Source: an uncultured Candidatus Binatia bacterium (GTDB lineage Bacteria; Desulfobacterota; Binatia; UBA9968; JAJDTQ01). From it: a stretch of DNA of 64,000 nt. A model generated the notes under the pieces. The model did no database searches and was not told the DNA's origin. It worked only from the letters and a program-made list of their open reading frames with translations. Shown here piece by piece: positions 39,341 to 49,940 of this stretch (the first letter of the stretch is position 1; each line of letters starts with the position of its first letter). The DNA lies in contig OZ243916.1 in NCBI GenBank assembly GCA_965213675.1, positions 1,600,001 to 1,664,000 of the forward strand, given 5' to 3'. The position numbers were made by a program, and so were the translations under genes.

Positions 39341-39879
39341 GCCGCCGCATTCAACAGTGCAAGTGGCTGAAGTGCTTCCTTGGCTTCACGGCCGACAGGC
39401 TCATCCATAAGGGCTTTCAGGCCAGCATCCATTTCGTCACCCTGCTCATACTTCCTCGCGTCTTCGTTCGTGCGCTGTGACAACCGATCCTTTACCAATG
39501 CGTAAAGCAACTGGACGGCCTCGAAAAACGGGACAAGTATCGGCGCCAACCCAGGCACAACCATGGGAAGAAGTTTAATTACCAGGCACATGACAACTGC
39601 GAAAGTAAAGTTGGGGTATCGCCGACAGAGATCGAACACGATTTCAAGGATTCGTCTACCGATGTACAGCAGGGCGTTTCCGATCTTCACGGTGACGCTC
39701 ATAAGCGCATCAAGCAATACCTTGATCTCACTGGGAAGTGCCAGATTACCGATCCTCCGCCCCAGCACTCTTCGGGAAACCCTGGGTCTGGCTTCCCGAA
39801 CAACCTGATCCAATTCCTCGACCGATATTTCGAAGGCGATCCTTTCGCCGGTAGCAGGGTTGACGGCTTCAGCCAGCAT
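39337..39879 (-). CDS. Hypothetical membrane protein
   Basis: RBS GGAGGAG, C-terminal hydrophobic segment; stop overlaps the next start (GTGA). Confidence 0.7.
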   Translation of the reverse strand: MLAEAVNPATGERIAFEISVEELDQVVREARPRVSRRVLGRRIGNLALPSEIKVLLDALMSVTVKIGNALLYIGRRILEIVFDLCRRYPNFTFAVVMCLVIKLLPMVVPGLAPILVPFFEAVQLLYALVKDRLSQRTNEDARKYEQGDEMDAGLKALMDEPVGREAKEALQPLALLNAAA

Positions 39880-40412
39880 TGACTCCTCCACGAGCAAGGG
39901 TGCAGTGATCCACTTGGAGTGTCCATACACACACCGTCCAGGGCCGGTCAAACCGATTCTACCCCAATGTTGCAAAAAAATTCGTGGAGAGCGACTCGAA
40001 ACACGGCCTACAAAGCATCATTCCCCAACAACCCCCTCCTTGCACATCCCATCCCACTTGCGTTCCGATCCTCTCCTTGCCTCCAGCTTCTCCAACTTTG
40101 AGGCCTGGTGTTGCGTTCCACGTAGTTCTTTGCCGAGTTGCGCAGGATTTTGTGTGGTCGGCAAGGCGCAATAACGAGCAGTGGCAGGCACCACGCGAGG
40201 AAGACCCCGGTTCAAGCTTGCCCCGGGGCCCGGGGGTGACGTGAGGTGGTCCCGGTATTCTTGACGCATGCCTTTATGACGCGCCGTAGACTCCGGGTCG
40301 TTCTCGCCCAGCACGGGAAGTTCAGGATGACAAGACTCATTGGCTTGACTGGCAGGGCAGACTAGGCCAAGGTAAGTCCTGAGAAGGAACACAGCCGACC
40401 CATCGACTCGCC

Positions 40413-41960
40413 ATGACCAAACTCAGGCTCCCCATCGGCATTCAGACGCTCCGCAAGATTAGAGAACAGAACTGCTACTACGTAGACAAGACGCCGTGGG
40501 TACGTGCGTTGATCGACGAGGGCTCGCTGTTCTTTCTCTCCCGCCCGCGCCGCTTCGGAAAGAGCCTGTTTCTGGACACCCTGAAGGAATTCTTCGAGGG
40601 CAACGAGTCACTCTTTCGCGGCCTTTACATCCACGAAGGATGGGACTGGTCCGTGCGTCATCCGGTGCTGCGGCTGAGCTTCGGCAGTGGCAACTTCAAG
40701 GAGCCCGGCCAGGTCCGTGCGAGCCTCATGGCGCAACTCGACGCGGTCGAACGCCGCACGGGCACAGCATCCCCCTACCCTGCCGCACCGCAACGTTTCG
40801 GCGATTTGCTGGAACAGTTGCACCACCAGACGGGGCGGCCAGTCGTGGTGCTGGTCGACGAGTACGACAAGCCGATCCTCGACACGCTGGACACACCGGA
40901 TATCGCCCGGTCAAACCGTGATTCCCTGCGCGGCCTCTACGGCGTCATCAAGGACTGCGACGCGCACATCCGGTTCGCCTTCCTTACCGGCGTGAGCAAG
41001 TTTTCCAAGGTCAGCCTGTTCTCAGGGCTCAACAACCTCAAGGACCTGACCCTGGATCCGCGCTATTCCGCGGTGTGCGGCTACACCGACACCGACCTCG
41101 ACAGCGTGTTCGCGCCGGAACTGCCGGGGCTGGATCGGGAGCAGATTCGTCATTGGTACAACGGGTACGGCTGGCTGGGGGACGAGAAAGTCTACAATCC
41201 CTTCGACATCCTCTTGTTGTTCGACCGGCGCAAGTTCGAGTCCTGGTGGTTCGAGACCGGCACGCCCTCGTTCCTGGTGGAGACCCTGTTCAAGCGACGG
41301 GTCAGCACGCTGGCCCTCGAAAACATGCTCGGCACCGACGACCTGCTGTCGCGATTCGATGTCGACGACATCGCCACCGAAGCCCTGCTGTTCCAGACGG
41401 GGTACCTGACGGTCAAGGGTGAGCAGGACCTGGGCGGCAAGCCGGTCTATCGACTGGCTTATCCCAATCGGGAAGTACGTGAGAGCCTGAACCGGAGTCT
41501 CCTGGGCCATTTGGTGCAGGACCCCTCGCGCCAGACGGCCAACAGCATTCAACTCTACCGCCTGCTGGAAGGCAACGACTTCGATGGTCTCGGAACTCTG
41601 TTCCAGGCGTTCTTCAGCAGCATCCCGTACCAATGGTACACGAACAATGACATCGCCGAATACGAAGGTTTCCACGCCAGCGTGTTCTACTCCTACTTCG
41701 CCGCGCAGGGATTCGACATCACGGTGGAGGACAGCAGCACGCACGGACGCGTGGACATGGCCGTACGCTTCAACGGCAACGTTTATCTTTTCGAGTTCAA
41801 GGTGGTCGAGATGACTCCCGCGGGAGCGGCCATGGCCCAATTGAAGAACCGGCGTTACGCCGACAAGTACCGCGGCCTCGGCCGGCCCATCTGGCTCATC
41901 GGCATCGAGTTCAGCAAGGACACGCGCAACGTGGCGGCGTTCGAGGTGGAGCGGGGGTGA
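40413..41960 (+). CDS. AAA-ATPase-like protein with C-terminal PD-(D/E)XK nuclease
   Basis: LPIGIQ, YYVDKT, RPRRFGKSL, VDEYDKP, FSGLNNL, GRVD...FEFK, Q....Y. Confidence 0.93.
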   Translation: MTKLRLPIGIQTLRKIREQNCYYVDKTPWVRALIDEGSLFFLSRPRRFGKSLFLDTLKEFFEGNESLFRGLYIHEGWDWSVRHPVLRLSFGSGNFKEPGQVRASLMAQLDAVERRTGTASPYPAAPQRFGDLLEQLHHQTGRPVVVLVDEYDKPILDTLDTPDIARSNRDSLRGLYGVIKDCDAHIRFAFLTGVSKFSKVSLFSGLNNLKDLTLDPRYSAVCGYTDTDLDSVFAPELPGLDREQIRHWYNGYGWLGDEKVYNPFDILLLFDRRKFESWWFETGTPSFLVETLFKRRVSTLALENMLGTDDLLSRFDVDDIATEALLFQTGYLTVKGEQDLGGKPVYRLAYPNREVRESLNRSLLGHLVQDPSRQTANSIQLYRLLEGNDFDGLGTLFQAFFSSIPYQWYTNNDIAEYEGFHASVFYSYFAAQGFDITVEDSSTHGRVDMAVRFNGNVYLFEFKVVEMTPAGAAMAQLKNRRYADKYRGLGRPIWLIGIEFSKDTRNVAAFEVERG

Positions 41961-42032
41961 GGGACGGCCGCCCCGTGGCAGGGCCTTGACCCGACAGCCG
42001 TACCCGCGCGGGAGTCCACAGGATAGACACCG

Positions 42033-42788
42033 ATGCCGGACGACACCACCACGGCGCTATTCTTCGAGTTGTTCAGCGGGTTGCCGCGCCAAGGACCCGG
42101 TGATGCGGTCAGCACGCTCCGGGCCCTCTCCCTGGTTTCCGACGTCGGCCCCGAGACCCGCATTCTCGACGTCGGCTGCGGCACCGGACTGCAAACACGG
42201 GTGCTGGCGCGGAACTCGCCGGCGAGCATCGTTGCGGTGGACAACCACCCGCCGTTCGTCGACTTCCTCGATCAGGAAGCGCGCCGGATCGGATTCGCGG
42301 ACCGTCTGGAGGCGCGCGTCGCCGACATGCAAAGCCTCGAGTTCGCGGACGCCTCGTTCGACCTGATCTGGTGCGAGGGCGCCATCTACATAGCGGGTGT
42401 CGAGGCCGCTCTGCATGATTGGCGCCGCCTGCTCAAGCGCGGCGGGCACGTGGCTTTCTCCGAAGTCTTCTGGACAAAGCCCGACCCGCCGGCGGAATGC
42501 CTGTCATTCTGGGAACAGGAATACCCCGCCATACGCGACGTGCCGGCCCTTCTGAAGGCCATCGACGGGTGCGGGTACGAGACTGTGGGGCACTTCACGC
42601 TGCCCCGTTCGGCGTGGTGGGATGACTACTATGGTCCGCTCGAACAAAACGTGACGGCCTTTCGAGCGCGTCACCACAGCCAACCCGAGGCGCAGGAATT
42701 GGCGGACTGTACTCAGCGCGAGATCGACATCTGGAAGGCGTACTCGGGCTACTACAGCTACGGGTTCTTCGTGGCGCGCGTCCGGTGA
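42033..42788 (+). CDS. Class I SAM-dependent methyltransferase
   Basis: LPRQGPG, ILDVGCGTG, FDLIWCEGAIY. Confidence 0.93.
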   Translation: MPDDTTTALFFELFSGLPRQGPGDAVSTLRALSLVSDVGPETRILDVGCGTGLQTRVLARNSPASIVAVDNHPPFVDFLDQEARRIGFADRLEARVADMQSLEFADASFDLIWCEGAIYIAGVEAALHDWRRLLKRGGHVAFSEVFWTKPDPPAECLSFWEQEYPAIRDVPALLKAIDGCGYETVGHFTLPRSAWWDDYYGPLEQNVTAFRARHHSQPEAQELADCTQREIDIWKAYSGYYSYGFFVARVR

Positions 42789-42892
42789 CCCCGATAGGCC
42801 GTGAGGAAAGGGCCCAGACGACCGGCGATACAGACCGCACGTCCGGGTCATGCCTTCATCCCTTCCTGCCGCAGGGGTCCACAAGGACAATC

Positions 42893-44107
42893 CTACACCA
42901 GCACCCCCTCGTCCTTCCACTTGCCGATGGCGGCCTCGTCGTAGCCGAGCACATCCCGCATGACCTGCTCAGTGTGCTCGCCGAGGTTCGGGGTGAGCGG
43001 GATTTCTTCCTCCGGCTGGTCCTTGAAGATGATCCCGCCCCGGGGCAGCTCGAAGGGGCCGATGGGGGAGTCGTCGTATTTCTGGAAGTAGTCCCGGTGG
43101 CGGAGCTGGGGGTCGTGGCAGAGGTCGGTGCCGTTCTGCACCACTCCGGCCGGGACCCCGGCGGCCTGCAGGCGGTGGGCGACGTCCTCGACGGTCTGGG
43201 TGGCGAGCCAGTCGGACATGATGGCGTCCAACTCGTCGCCATGGCGGCGCCGCTCGACGCAGGTGGCGAAGCGGCTGTCGCCGGCCAGCGCCTCGTTGCC
43301 CATGACGCCGCACAGGCGCCGCCACTCGTCGTCGCTGTTGACCGACACCACGCACCAGCGCTCGTCACCCTCACAACGGTAGCAGCCGTGCGGGGCGGCG
43401 GTGAGGCTCCGGTTGCCCTGGGGCTCGGCATCGACGCCGTTGATGCTGGACTCCAGGTAGCTGGCGCCCAAGGTATAGGCGGTCACCTCGCCCTGGGACA
43501 CGTCGATGGAGCAGCCCTTGCCAGTGAGCTTCTGGCGAAGCAGCGCAGCCATCATGATGGTGGGCGCGGAGATGAAGCCGAGATGGTCGGGATAGACGCC
43601 CTGGCTGCCGATGGGGCGGTCCTGTCCAGGATGGTTCCACAGGTAGGTCATGCCGCTGAAGGAATTGAGATTGAACCCCCAGGTGCCGTACCAGTTCTTG
43701 GGTCCGGTTTCGCCGAGGCCCGGCAGCTTGAGGATGATGATGGATGGGTTGACCTTTCTGAGCTCGTCGTCGCCGAGCCCGAGCCGGCCCAGCACCTGGG
43801 GCCGGAAGTTCACCAGCACCGCGTTGGACTTGGCCGCCAGCTCCTTGATGATCCGCTTGCCGTCGTCGTGCTTGATGTTGACGGTCATGGAGCGGATGGC
43901 CAGGTTGCACTCGATGAAGCGCGGCGCGGCGTTGATGTCGCCCGCCGCGCCGTAGTGCCGGAAGGTGTCGAGGCCGCCGGGGTACGATTCCACCTTGATG
44001 ACCTCGGCGCCGTACTGGGCCAGCAGCCGGCCGGCATAGGGTCCGGCGTATCCGGTGGTGAACGCGATGATCCGGACGCCTTCGAGTATCCTGTTGGGAC
44101 TGGGCAT
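42893..44107 (-). CDS. CaiB/BaiF CoA-transferase (unit retaining probable catalytic Asp)
   Basis: GAEVIKVE, NFRP, YPDH; coupled to the upstream gene (TGATG). Confidence 0.9.
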   Translation of the reverse strand: MPSPNRILEGVRIIAFTTGYAGPYAGRLLAQYGAEVIKVESYPGGLDTFRHYGAAGDINAAPRFIECNLAIRSMTVNIKHDDGKRIIKELAAKSNAVLVNFRPQVLGRLGLGDDELRKVNPSIIILKLPGLGETGPKNWYGTWGFNLNSFSGMTYLWNHPGQDRPIGSQGVYPDHLGFISAPTIMMAALLRQKLTGKGCSIDVSQGEVTAYTLGASYLESSINGVDAEPQGNRSLTAAPHGCYRCEGDERWCVVSVNSDDEWRRLCGVMGNEALAGDSRFATCVERRRHGDELDAIMSDWLATQTVEDVAHRLQAAGVPAGVVQNGTDLCHDPQLRHRDYFQKYDDSPIGPFELPRGGIIFKDQPEEEIPLTPNLGEHTEQVMRDVLGYDEAAIGKWKDEGVLV

Positions 44108-45303
44108 CAGATGACCCCCTCCGCGGCCAGCACCCCCATGTCCTCCTCGCTCAACCCGAGGTCGCCGCCGAGAACCTCCGCGTTGTGCTGGCCCAGCATG
44201 GGCGCGGGCCGTGGCTCGCGGCGCTCGCCGTCCAGCAGGAACGGCGCCCCCGGCTGGGAGAAGGAGCCCAGCACCGGATGCGACACCGTGCCGAAGAAAC
44301 CCCGCTCCACGATATGCGGGTCCTCCATGAAGTCCCGCGGCGAGTTCACCGGGAGCGCCGGAAGGCCGTGCTTCTGGAGCAGCACGGACAGTTCCTCCTT
44401 GCCGTACCGGGAGGTGAACGACGCCACCATGGGGTTCAGCCAGCCCGCGGCCGCGCGCCGGTTGAGGTTGACCAGCAGCTCCGGGTCGTCCAGCTCCGCC
44501 GGATGCCCTTCCCACATGTCGAGGAAGATGGGCCAGTGCCGCTGGGTGGCGAAGAACGAGATCCAGCCGTCCTTGCACGGGAACAGGTTGGCGGGGGCCA
44601 CGTGCTGGTGCTGGCTGCCGGCGCGCTTCATGAGACGCCCCTCCGACGACCAGGTGAAGGCCACGTGCTCGTGGAGCGCCATGCTGGCCTGCACCGAGGC
44701 ATCGATATGCGCGCCCAGGCCCTTGGTCTCCCGCTGCCAGAGGGCCAGCAGTGTTCCCAGGGCGGAATAGAGACTGGTGTAGACGTAGGACTGGCCGCCG
44801 GGAGGCACGCACGGAGTCATGCTGGGGTCGCCGCTGATGAAGAGCAGCCCGCCCATGGCGTTGGCCACCAAGTCCGGCGCGCGGTAGTCGCGGTAGGGTC
44901 CGTCCTGGCCGAAGGCCGAGATGGAGACCAGCACCAGCCTGGGGCGGCGCGCCACCATCTCGCCGTAACCGATGCCCAAGTCGTCCAGATAGCCGGGATC
45001 GTGGCTGTCGATGACCACGTCGGCCTTTTCCACCAGGTCCAGCAGGATGCGGCGCCCGGTTTCCCGAGACAGGTCCAGGGTGATGCCGCGCTTGCCGGAG
45101 TTGAAGTAGGCGAAGCGCAGGCTGCCCTCGCGGTTGCTGTGTCCCTTGGCAAAGGGCGGCTCGGTGCGGAGGTCGTCCCCCGACGGCGGCTCGACCTTCA
45201 CCACGTCCATGCCCAGGTCCGCCAGCACCTTGCCGCAAAAGGCGCCCATGGCGGTGGTCAGGTCGAGGACCCGGAAGCCGGAGAGCAGGGCCTCGCCGCT
45301 CAT
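44107..45303 (-). CDS. CaiB/BaiF CoA-transferase (unit apparently lacking catalytic Asp)
   Basis: DVVKVEPP.GD, NSGKRGITLD, FGQDGPY. Confidence 0.9.
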   Translation of the reverse strand: MSGEALLSGFRVLDLTTAMGAFCGKVLADLGMDVVKVEPPSGDDLRTEPPFAKGHSNREGSLRFAYFNSGKRGITLDLSRETGRRILLDLVEKADVVIDSHDPGYLDDLGIGYGEMVARRPRLVLVSISAFGQDGPYRDYRAPDLVANAMGGLLFISGDPSMTPCVPPGGQSYVYTSLYSALGTLLALWQRETKGLGAHIDASVQASMALHEHVAFTWSSEGRLMKRAGSQHQHVAPANLFPCKDGWISFFATQRHWPIFLDMWEGHPAELDDPELLVNLNRRAAAGWLNPMVASFTSRYGKEELSVLLQKHGLPALPVNSPRDFMEDPHIVERGFFGTVSHPVLGSFSQPGAPFLLDGERREPRPAPMLGQHNAEVLGGDLGLSEEDMGVLAAEGVI

Positions 45304-46469
45304 TGGCCCTTGGCGCGGGCGCGCAGCAGGTTCTGGGCCATGCGCCAGCGCAACACCTCGGTGGCCCCCTCGGTGATGCGGATGCTGCGCAACTGGCGGT
45401 ACCACCACTCCAGCGGCAGTTCCTTGGTGAGGCCGATGCCGCCGTGGACCTGGATGGAGCGGTCCACCACGCGGCTGGCCATCTCCGTGCACGTACACTT
45501 GACCATGTAGGCCAGGTTGCGGACGTCCTCACCGCGGTCGTGGCGCCAAGCACATTCGTAGACCAGGTTGCGCGCCATGTGCAGCTCCATGACCGAGTCG
45601 GCGATCATGAACTGAACGGCCTGCCGTTCCGACAGCGGCTGGCCGAAGGTGGTGCGGATCTGGCAGTAGTCCATCATCATGTCCAGGGCGCGCTCGGCGA
45701 TGCCGATGCAGCGGGCGCCGTGGCCCTTGACGCGCCCCTCCTGGAGCCAGCCCTGGGCCAGCCGGAAGCCCTGCCCCGCCTCGCCCACGAGGTTGGACGC
45801 CGGTATCCGGGCATTCTCGAATAGAATCTGGAACGGGGCGTCGCCCATCATGGTGGGCCAGCGCCGCTCGATGGTGACGCCGGGGGTATCCATGTCCACG
45901 AGGAAGGTGGAGATGCCGCCCCGGGCGCGTTTCTCGGGGTCGGTCACCGCCATGACCTGGGCGAAGTCGGAGAAGCCCGCATTGCTGATGAACCGCTTGG
46001 TGCCGTTCAACACCCAATGGTCGCCGTCCAGCACCGCCCGGGTCTTCATGCCCGCGGGGTCGCCGCCGGCGTCGGGCTCGGTCTGGGCGAAGCAGGCGGT
46101 CTTCTCGCCCCGGAGCACCGGGTAGAGGTAGCGCTCCTTCTGCTCGTCGTTGAGCTCGAACAGGATGCCGCGGGCCTCCGGGCCGAAGATCGGGTTGTTG
46201 CGGAAGGGGATGGAAATGGTCCGGGATACCTCCTCCTGGATCACGCAGCGCGTCAGCAGGTCGAGCCCGGCGCCGCCGTACTCTTCGGGCACGTCGAGCA
46301 TCCAGAACCCCAGCGCCCGGGTCTTTTCCTGGAGCGGCTTGTAGAGTTCCTCGGGCATCTCCTCGCCCTCTGGGCGAAACTCCCGCTCCAGCGGGATCAG
46401 CTCCCGGTCCACGAAATCGCGCATGGTCTTCTTGATGATCTTGATCTCTTCGGGAAGCTCGAAATCCAT
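45300..46469 (-). CDS. Acyl-CoA dehydrogenase
   Basis: [41 protein letters not shown]. Confidence 0.95.
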   Translation of the reverse strand: MDFELPEEIKIIKKTMRDFVDRELIPLEREFRPEGEEMPEELYKPLQEKTRALGFWMLDVPEEYGGAGLDLLTRCVIQEEVSRTISIPFRNNPIFGPEARGILFELNDEQKERYLYPVLRGEKTACFAQTEPDAGGDPAGMKTRAVLDGDHWVLNGTKRFISNAGFSDFAQVMAVTDPEKRARGGISTFLVDMDTPGVTIERRWPTMMGDAPFQILFENARIPASNLVGEAGQGFRLAQGWLQEGRVKGHGARCIGIAERALDMMMDYCQIRTTFGQPLSERQAVQFMIADSVMELHMARNLVYECAWRHDRGEDVRNLAYMVKCTCTEMASRVVDRSIQVHGGIGLTKELPLEWWYRQLRSIRITEGATEVLRWRMAQNLLRARAKGQ

Positions 46470-46553
46470 TCCTCGTCTCCTCCTTGCTCGCTTCGGTCGG
46501 ACAGATGGCTCGTAACATAAGCCCGTGCCCGTCTGGAGGTCAAGCCGCTCGCA

Positions 46554-46582
46554 TTGACAAGCGCGGGGGCAGTGTCTATGTT
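46554..46582 (+). promoter_or_regulatory. Putative sigma70 promoter
   Basis: TTGACA-N17-TATGTT upstream of the FmdB-like gene. Confidence 0.6.
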
Positions 46583-46612
46583 TCCTCAAACCTACCCGCG
46601 CGAGGCCAGCTT

Positions 46613-46927
46613 ATGCCCATATACGAGTACAAGTGTCCGGAATGTGGTGTGTTTGAGGTGACGCAGCGGATCACAGAGGATCCGCTGGATGTGTGTCCGA
46701 CCTGTCAGGACGCGGTCAAGAAGCTCATCTCGAACACGTCGTTTCAACTCAAAGGCACCGGTTGGTACATCACCGATTACGGGCGCGGCAAGGGCGACAA
46801 CGGCGACAAGCGCGAGACCAACGGGACCAAGGATTCATCCGACTCCAAATCCACGGAGAACAAGTCGTCCGACAAGTCTTCGGACAAGTCCTCGTCCGGC
46901 GACAGCGCCTCCAGCAGCGCGTCCTGA
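46613..46927 (+). CDS. FmdB-family zinc-ribbon protein
   Basis: [11 protein letters not shown]...CPTC, F.LKG.GWY.TDY; Ser/Lys-rich tail. Confidence 0.93.
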   Translation: MPIYEYKCPECGVFEVTQRITEDPLDVCPTCQDAVKKLISNTSFQLKGTGWYITDYGRGKGDNGDKRETNGTKDSSDSKSTENKSSDKSSDKSSSGDSASSSAS

Positions 46928-47017
46928 TCCACACGCGGGCATGTCCCGACGGCCACCGCGTGGCTGCCACCCCACACGGCTCATCGAATCCCTGCTGCTC
47001 TCGATGGCAAGGACCCC

Positions 47018-47821
47018 ATGAAAACGAAACCACTGGGAGGCACCGGCATCCGGCTACCCGAGATTGGCTTGGGGGCCTGGCAATACCGGGGCGGCGTCGC
47101 ACCCCTGCGGCGCGGCGTCGAGTTGGGAGCCAACCTCATCGATACCGCCGAAATGTACCGGACCGAAGACACCGTGGGCGAAGCCGTGCGCGACATGCGC
47201 GAGCGGGTGTTCGTCGCCAGCAAGGTATCCGGGGACCATCTCGGGTACGATCAGGTGCTGCGCGCGGCGGACGAGAGCCTCCGCCGGCTGGGCATCGACA
47301 CCATCGATCTCTACCAGATTCACTGGCCGAGCCGCAGCACTCCCATCGCGGAGACCCTGCGGGCCATGGAAACCCTGGTGGACACGGGGCGCGTCCGCTA
47401 CATCGGCGTCAGCAACTTCTCCACCGACGAGCTCGACGATGCGCGCTCGGCCATGAAACATCACCCCATCGTCTCGAATCAGGTCCTCTACAACCTCCGC
47501 CACCGCGAGATCGAGCGCTCGCTGATGCCCTACTGCCTGCGCCACGACGTCACGATCATCGCCTACACCCCGCTGGACAGTGGCAAACTGGCGGGCAAGC
47601 CCGGAATGTTCGCGGCCAGGGACGCCAGGGTGCTCCACGACGTTGCCGGAACGTACGGAAAAACCGCCGCTCAGGTCGCACTGAACTGGTGCACCGCCCA
47701 CGAAGGCGTCATCGCCATTCCCAAGTCCGACAGCATCGAACGCACGGAAGAGAACTGCGGCGCGTCGGACTGGCGCCTATCCCGAGAGGACATGGCACGG
47801 CTCGACCGCGCCTTCGCCTGA
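47018..47821 (+). CDS. Aldo/keto reductase
   Basis: IDTAEMY, IDLYQIHWP, IGVSNF, IPKS. Confidence 0.95.
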   Translation: MKTKPLGGTGIRLPEIGLGAWQYRGGVAPLRRGVELGANLIDTAEMYRTEDTVGEAVRDMRERVFVASKVSGDHLGYDQVLRAADESLRRLGIDTIDLYQIHWPSRSTPIAETLRAMETLVDTGRVRYIGVSNFSTDELDDARSAMKHHPIVSNQVLYNLRHREIERSLMPYCLRHDVTIIAYTPLDSGKLAGKPGMFAARDARVLHDVAGTYGKTAAQVALNWCTAHEGVIAIPKSDSIERTEENCGASDWRLSREDMARLDRAFA

Positions 47822-47845
47822 GTTCCGAGAAATCGAGGAATTTTG

Positions 47846-49222
47846 ATGGACTTTCCCGCGCTTGACCGCACCGGCGCCATGGCGTTCTTTTCCGACTTCG
47901 GAAGAACGATCCACAACCCGCCGGGGATCCTCCACTGGACCCGCAAGGCCCGCGCCAAGGCCCGCATCAACGGCACCATCGGCTCGGCGCGAGGCGCCGA
48001 GAAGACCGTGTTTCCCGACGGCGGCGACCGTCCGATCACGCTGTGCACGCCGCTGATCCACTCGTTCTTCAACGGCCTGGACACCGAGGAGATTTTCCCG
48101 TACACGCCGGAGACCGGCACGCCCGCGTTTCGCGCCGCGTGGAGGCAATGGAACCTGGCGCGGGCGGGGGACGCGGCCGAGCGCCTGGAGCGGCAGATGA
48201 CGCAGCCGGTCCTCACCCCCGGCATTACCGCGGCCATCAGCATTTGCGCGCGCATGTTCGTGGACCCCGGCCGTTCCATCATCGTGGCCGACCGCCGCTG
48301 GGAAAACTACGACCATGTGCTCGAACGCAACCTGGGCCTCTCCGTTACGGACTTTCCGCTGCTCGGCGACGGCGACCTGAACGTCACCGGGTTGCTCGAC
48401 GCCATCGAGCGGGTGTGGCGCGGGCAGGACAACGCCGTGGTGCTGCTGAACTTTCCCAACAACCCCACGGGCTTCTGCCCGTCCGATGCCGCCGGGCACA
48501 AGCTCGCGGAGGAGCTGGACCGGCTCGCGGCCGGCACGGAGAAGCGCCTGGTGCTGCTGTTCGACGACGCCTACGAGAGCTACGTGTACGACCCCGGCGC
48601 CATGCAGTCTTCCCTCTTCTACCGCTGCCGGGCGCGCTCGAATCTGCTCCCGGTGAAGATTGACGGCGTCACCAAGGAACTGCTCTGGTACGGCGCGCGC
48701 GCGGGCGCCATCACCCTGGCCTGTCCAGACGAGTGGCTTTCCGGCGACGGCGCGGCCGTTGCCGGGGAACTCGACAACAAGTTCGGCGGGGTCATCCGCG
48801 GACTCGTCTCCAGCAGCGCCACGGTGACCCAATCCGTCGCCGCCAAGGCCATCGCGCAGATGGACCGGCTGCTGGACGAACGGCGCCGGACTTTCGACGT
48901 GCTGCAGCAGCGTTACCGCACCCTCAAGCGGGAGCTGGAGACCCTGGACACGGACCTCTTCACGGTGGAACCCTTCCACGGCGGCTTCTTCTGTTTCCTG
49001 AGCCTGCGTCCCGACTCGGGGCTCCGAGCCACCGACTTGGCCAACCACCTGCTCGACCACTACAGCGTCGGCACCGTCCCTTTCGAGGGCGAGAACCTGA
49101 ACGGCCTGCGCATCGCCTACTGCAGCGTCGAGAACAACGACTTGCCGGAGCTGTGCCGCAGCCTGGCCCAAGCCGTCAACGAACTGGGGCGCGGAGAGGC
49201 GCCGGCGCATGGGGCGGCTTGA
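47846..49222 (+). CDS. PLP-dependent aminotransferase class I/II
   Basis: NFPNNPTG, DDAY, DGVTKE. Confidence 0.88.
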   Translation: MDFPALDRTGAMAFFSDFGRTIHNPPGILHWTRKARAKARINGTIGSARGAEKTVFPDGGDRPITLCTPLIHSFFNGLDTEEIFPYTPETGTPAFRAAWRQWNLARAGDAAERLERQMTQPVLTPGITAAISICARMFVDPGRSIIVADRRWENYDHVLERNLGLSVTDFPLLGDGDLNVTGLLDAIERVWRGQDNAVVLLNFPNNPTGFCPSDAAGHKLAEELDRLAAGTEKRLVLLFDDAYESYVYDPGAMQSSLFYRCRARSNLLPVKIDGVTKELLWYGARAGAITLACPDEWLSGDGAAVAGELDNKFGGVIRGLVSSSATVTQSVAAKAIAQMDRLLDERRRTFDVLQQRYRTLKRELETLDTDLFTVEPFHGGFFCFLSLRPDSGLRATDLANHLLDHYSVGTVPFEGENLNGLRIAYCSVENNDLPELCRSLAQAVNELGRGEAPAHGAA

Positions 49223-49940
49223 CGGCAAGGTCGCCATCGTCACCGGAGCCAGCCGCGGCATCGGGCGGGCGGTGGCCTTGGAATTCGCGCGTCAAGGCGC
49301 GATCCTCGTCATCACCGGCGTGCGCGACCGCAGGGCGCTGGAGAGCGTGCGGGACGAACTGGTCTCGCTGGGCGCGGAGTGCATCGCGCGCATGGCGAAT
49401 GTGGGCCGGCGCGCCGACATGGACAGGCTGGCAGCGGAGACGGTGGAGCGCTGGGGCCGCGTGGATGTGCTGGTGAACAATGCGGGCGTGCTCCGGATGG
49501 CGCGCTTCGAGGACATCTCCGAAGAGCAATGGGACGAGACCCTGCGGGTGCACCTCAAGGGCGCATTCAACGGCATGCAGGCCGTGTTGCCGGTGATGAA
49601 GCGGCAGCGCGCCGGCAAGATCATCAACCTGGCCGGACCCGCCGCGTTGCGGCCATCCATCGGTGTCTCCGACTACGCCAGCGCCAAGGGCGGCATCATC
49701 ACGCTGACCTTCAACGTCGCCAACGAGATGAAGGCGTACAACATCCAGATCAACTGCATCTCCCCGGTGGCGGACACCCGCATGACCGACGCCATCGCGG
49801 AGTTCCGCGGACGCGAGTCAGGCTCGGCAACGCGCCCGAGCCCGGTGCCACCCGAAGCCGTGGCGCCGGCGTTCGTCTTCTTCGCGTGCAGCGACAGCGA
49901 TTACATCACGGGCGAAGTGCTGGGTTTCGGGCGGAAATAA
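49209..49940 (+). CDS. SDR-family oxidoreductase
   Basis: TGASRGIG, NNAG, YASAK. Confidence 0.93.
   Translation: MGRLDGKVAIVTGASRGIGRAVALEFARQGAILVITGVRDRRALESVRDELVSLGAECIARMANVGRRADMDRLAAETVERWGRVDVLVNNAGVLRMARFEDISEEQWDETLRVHLKGAFNGMQAVLPVMKRQRAGKIINLAGPAALRPSIGVSDYASAKGGIITLTFNVANEMKAYNIQINCISPVADTRMTDAIAEFRGRESGSATRPSPVPPEAVAPAFVFFACSDSDYITGEVLGFGRK

Noticed and set aside
42893-45553. 886-aa ORF as a single protein
   Set aside because: Only 42893-44107 is CoA-transferase-like. The upstream part overlaps real genes in other frames.
46857-46897. 12-bp repeats (GACAAGTCxTCx)
   Set aside because: They encode the typical Ser/Lys-rich tail of FmdB proteins.
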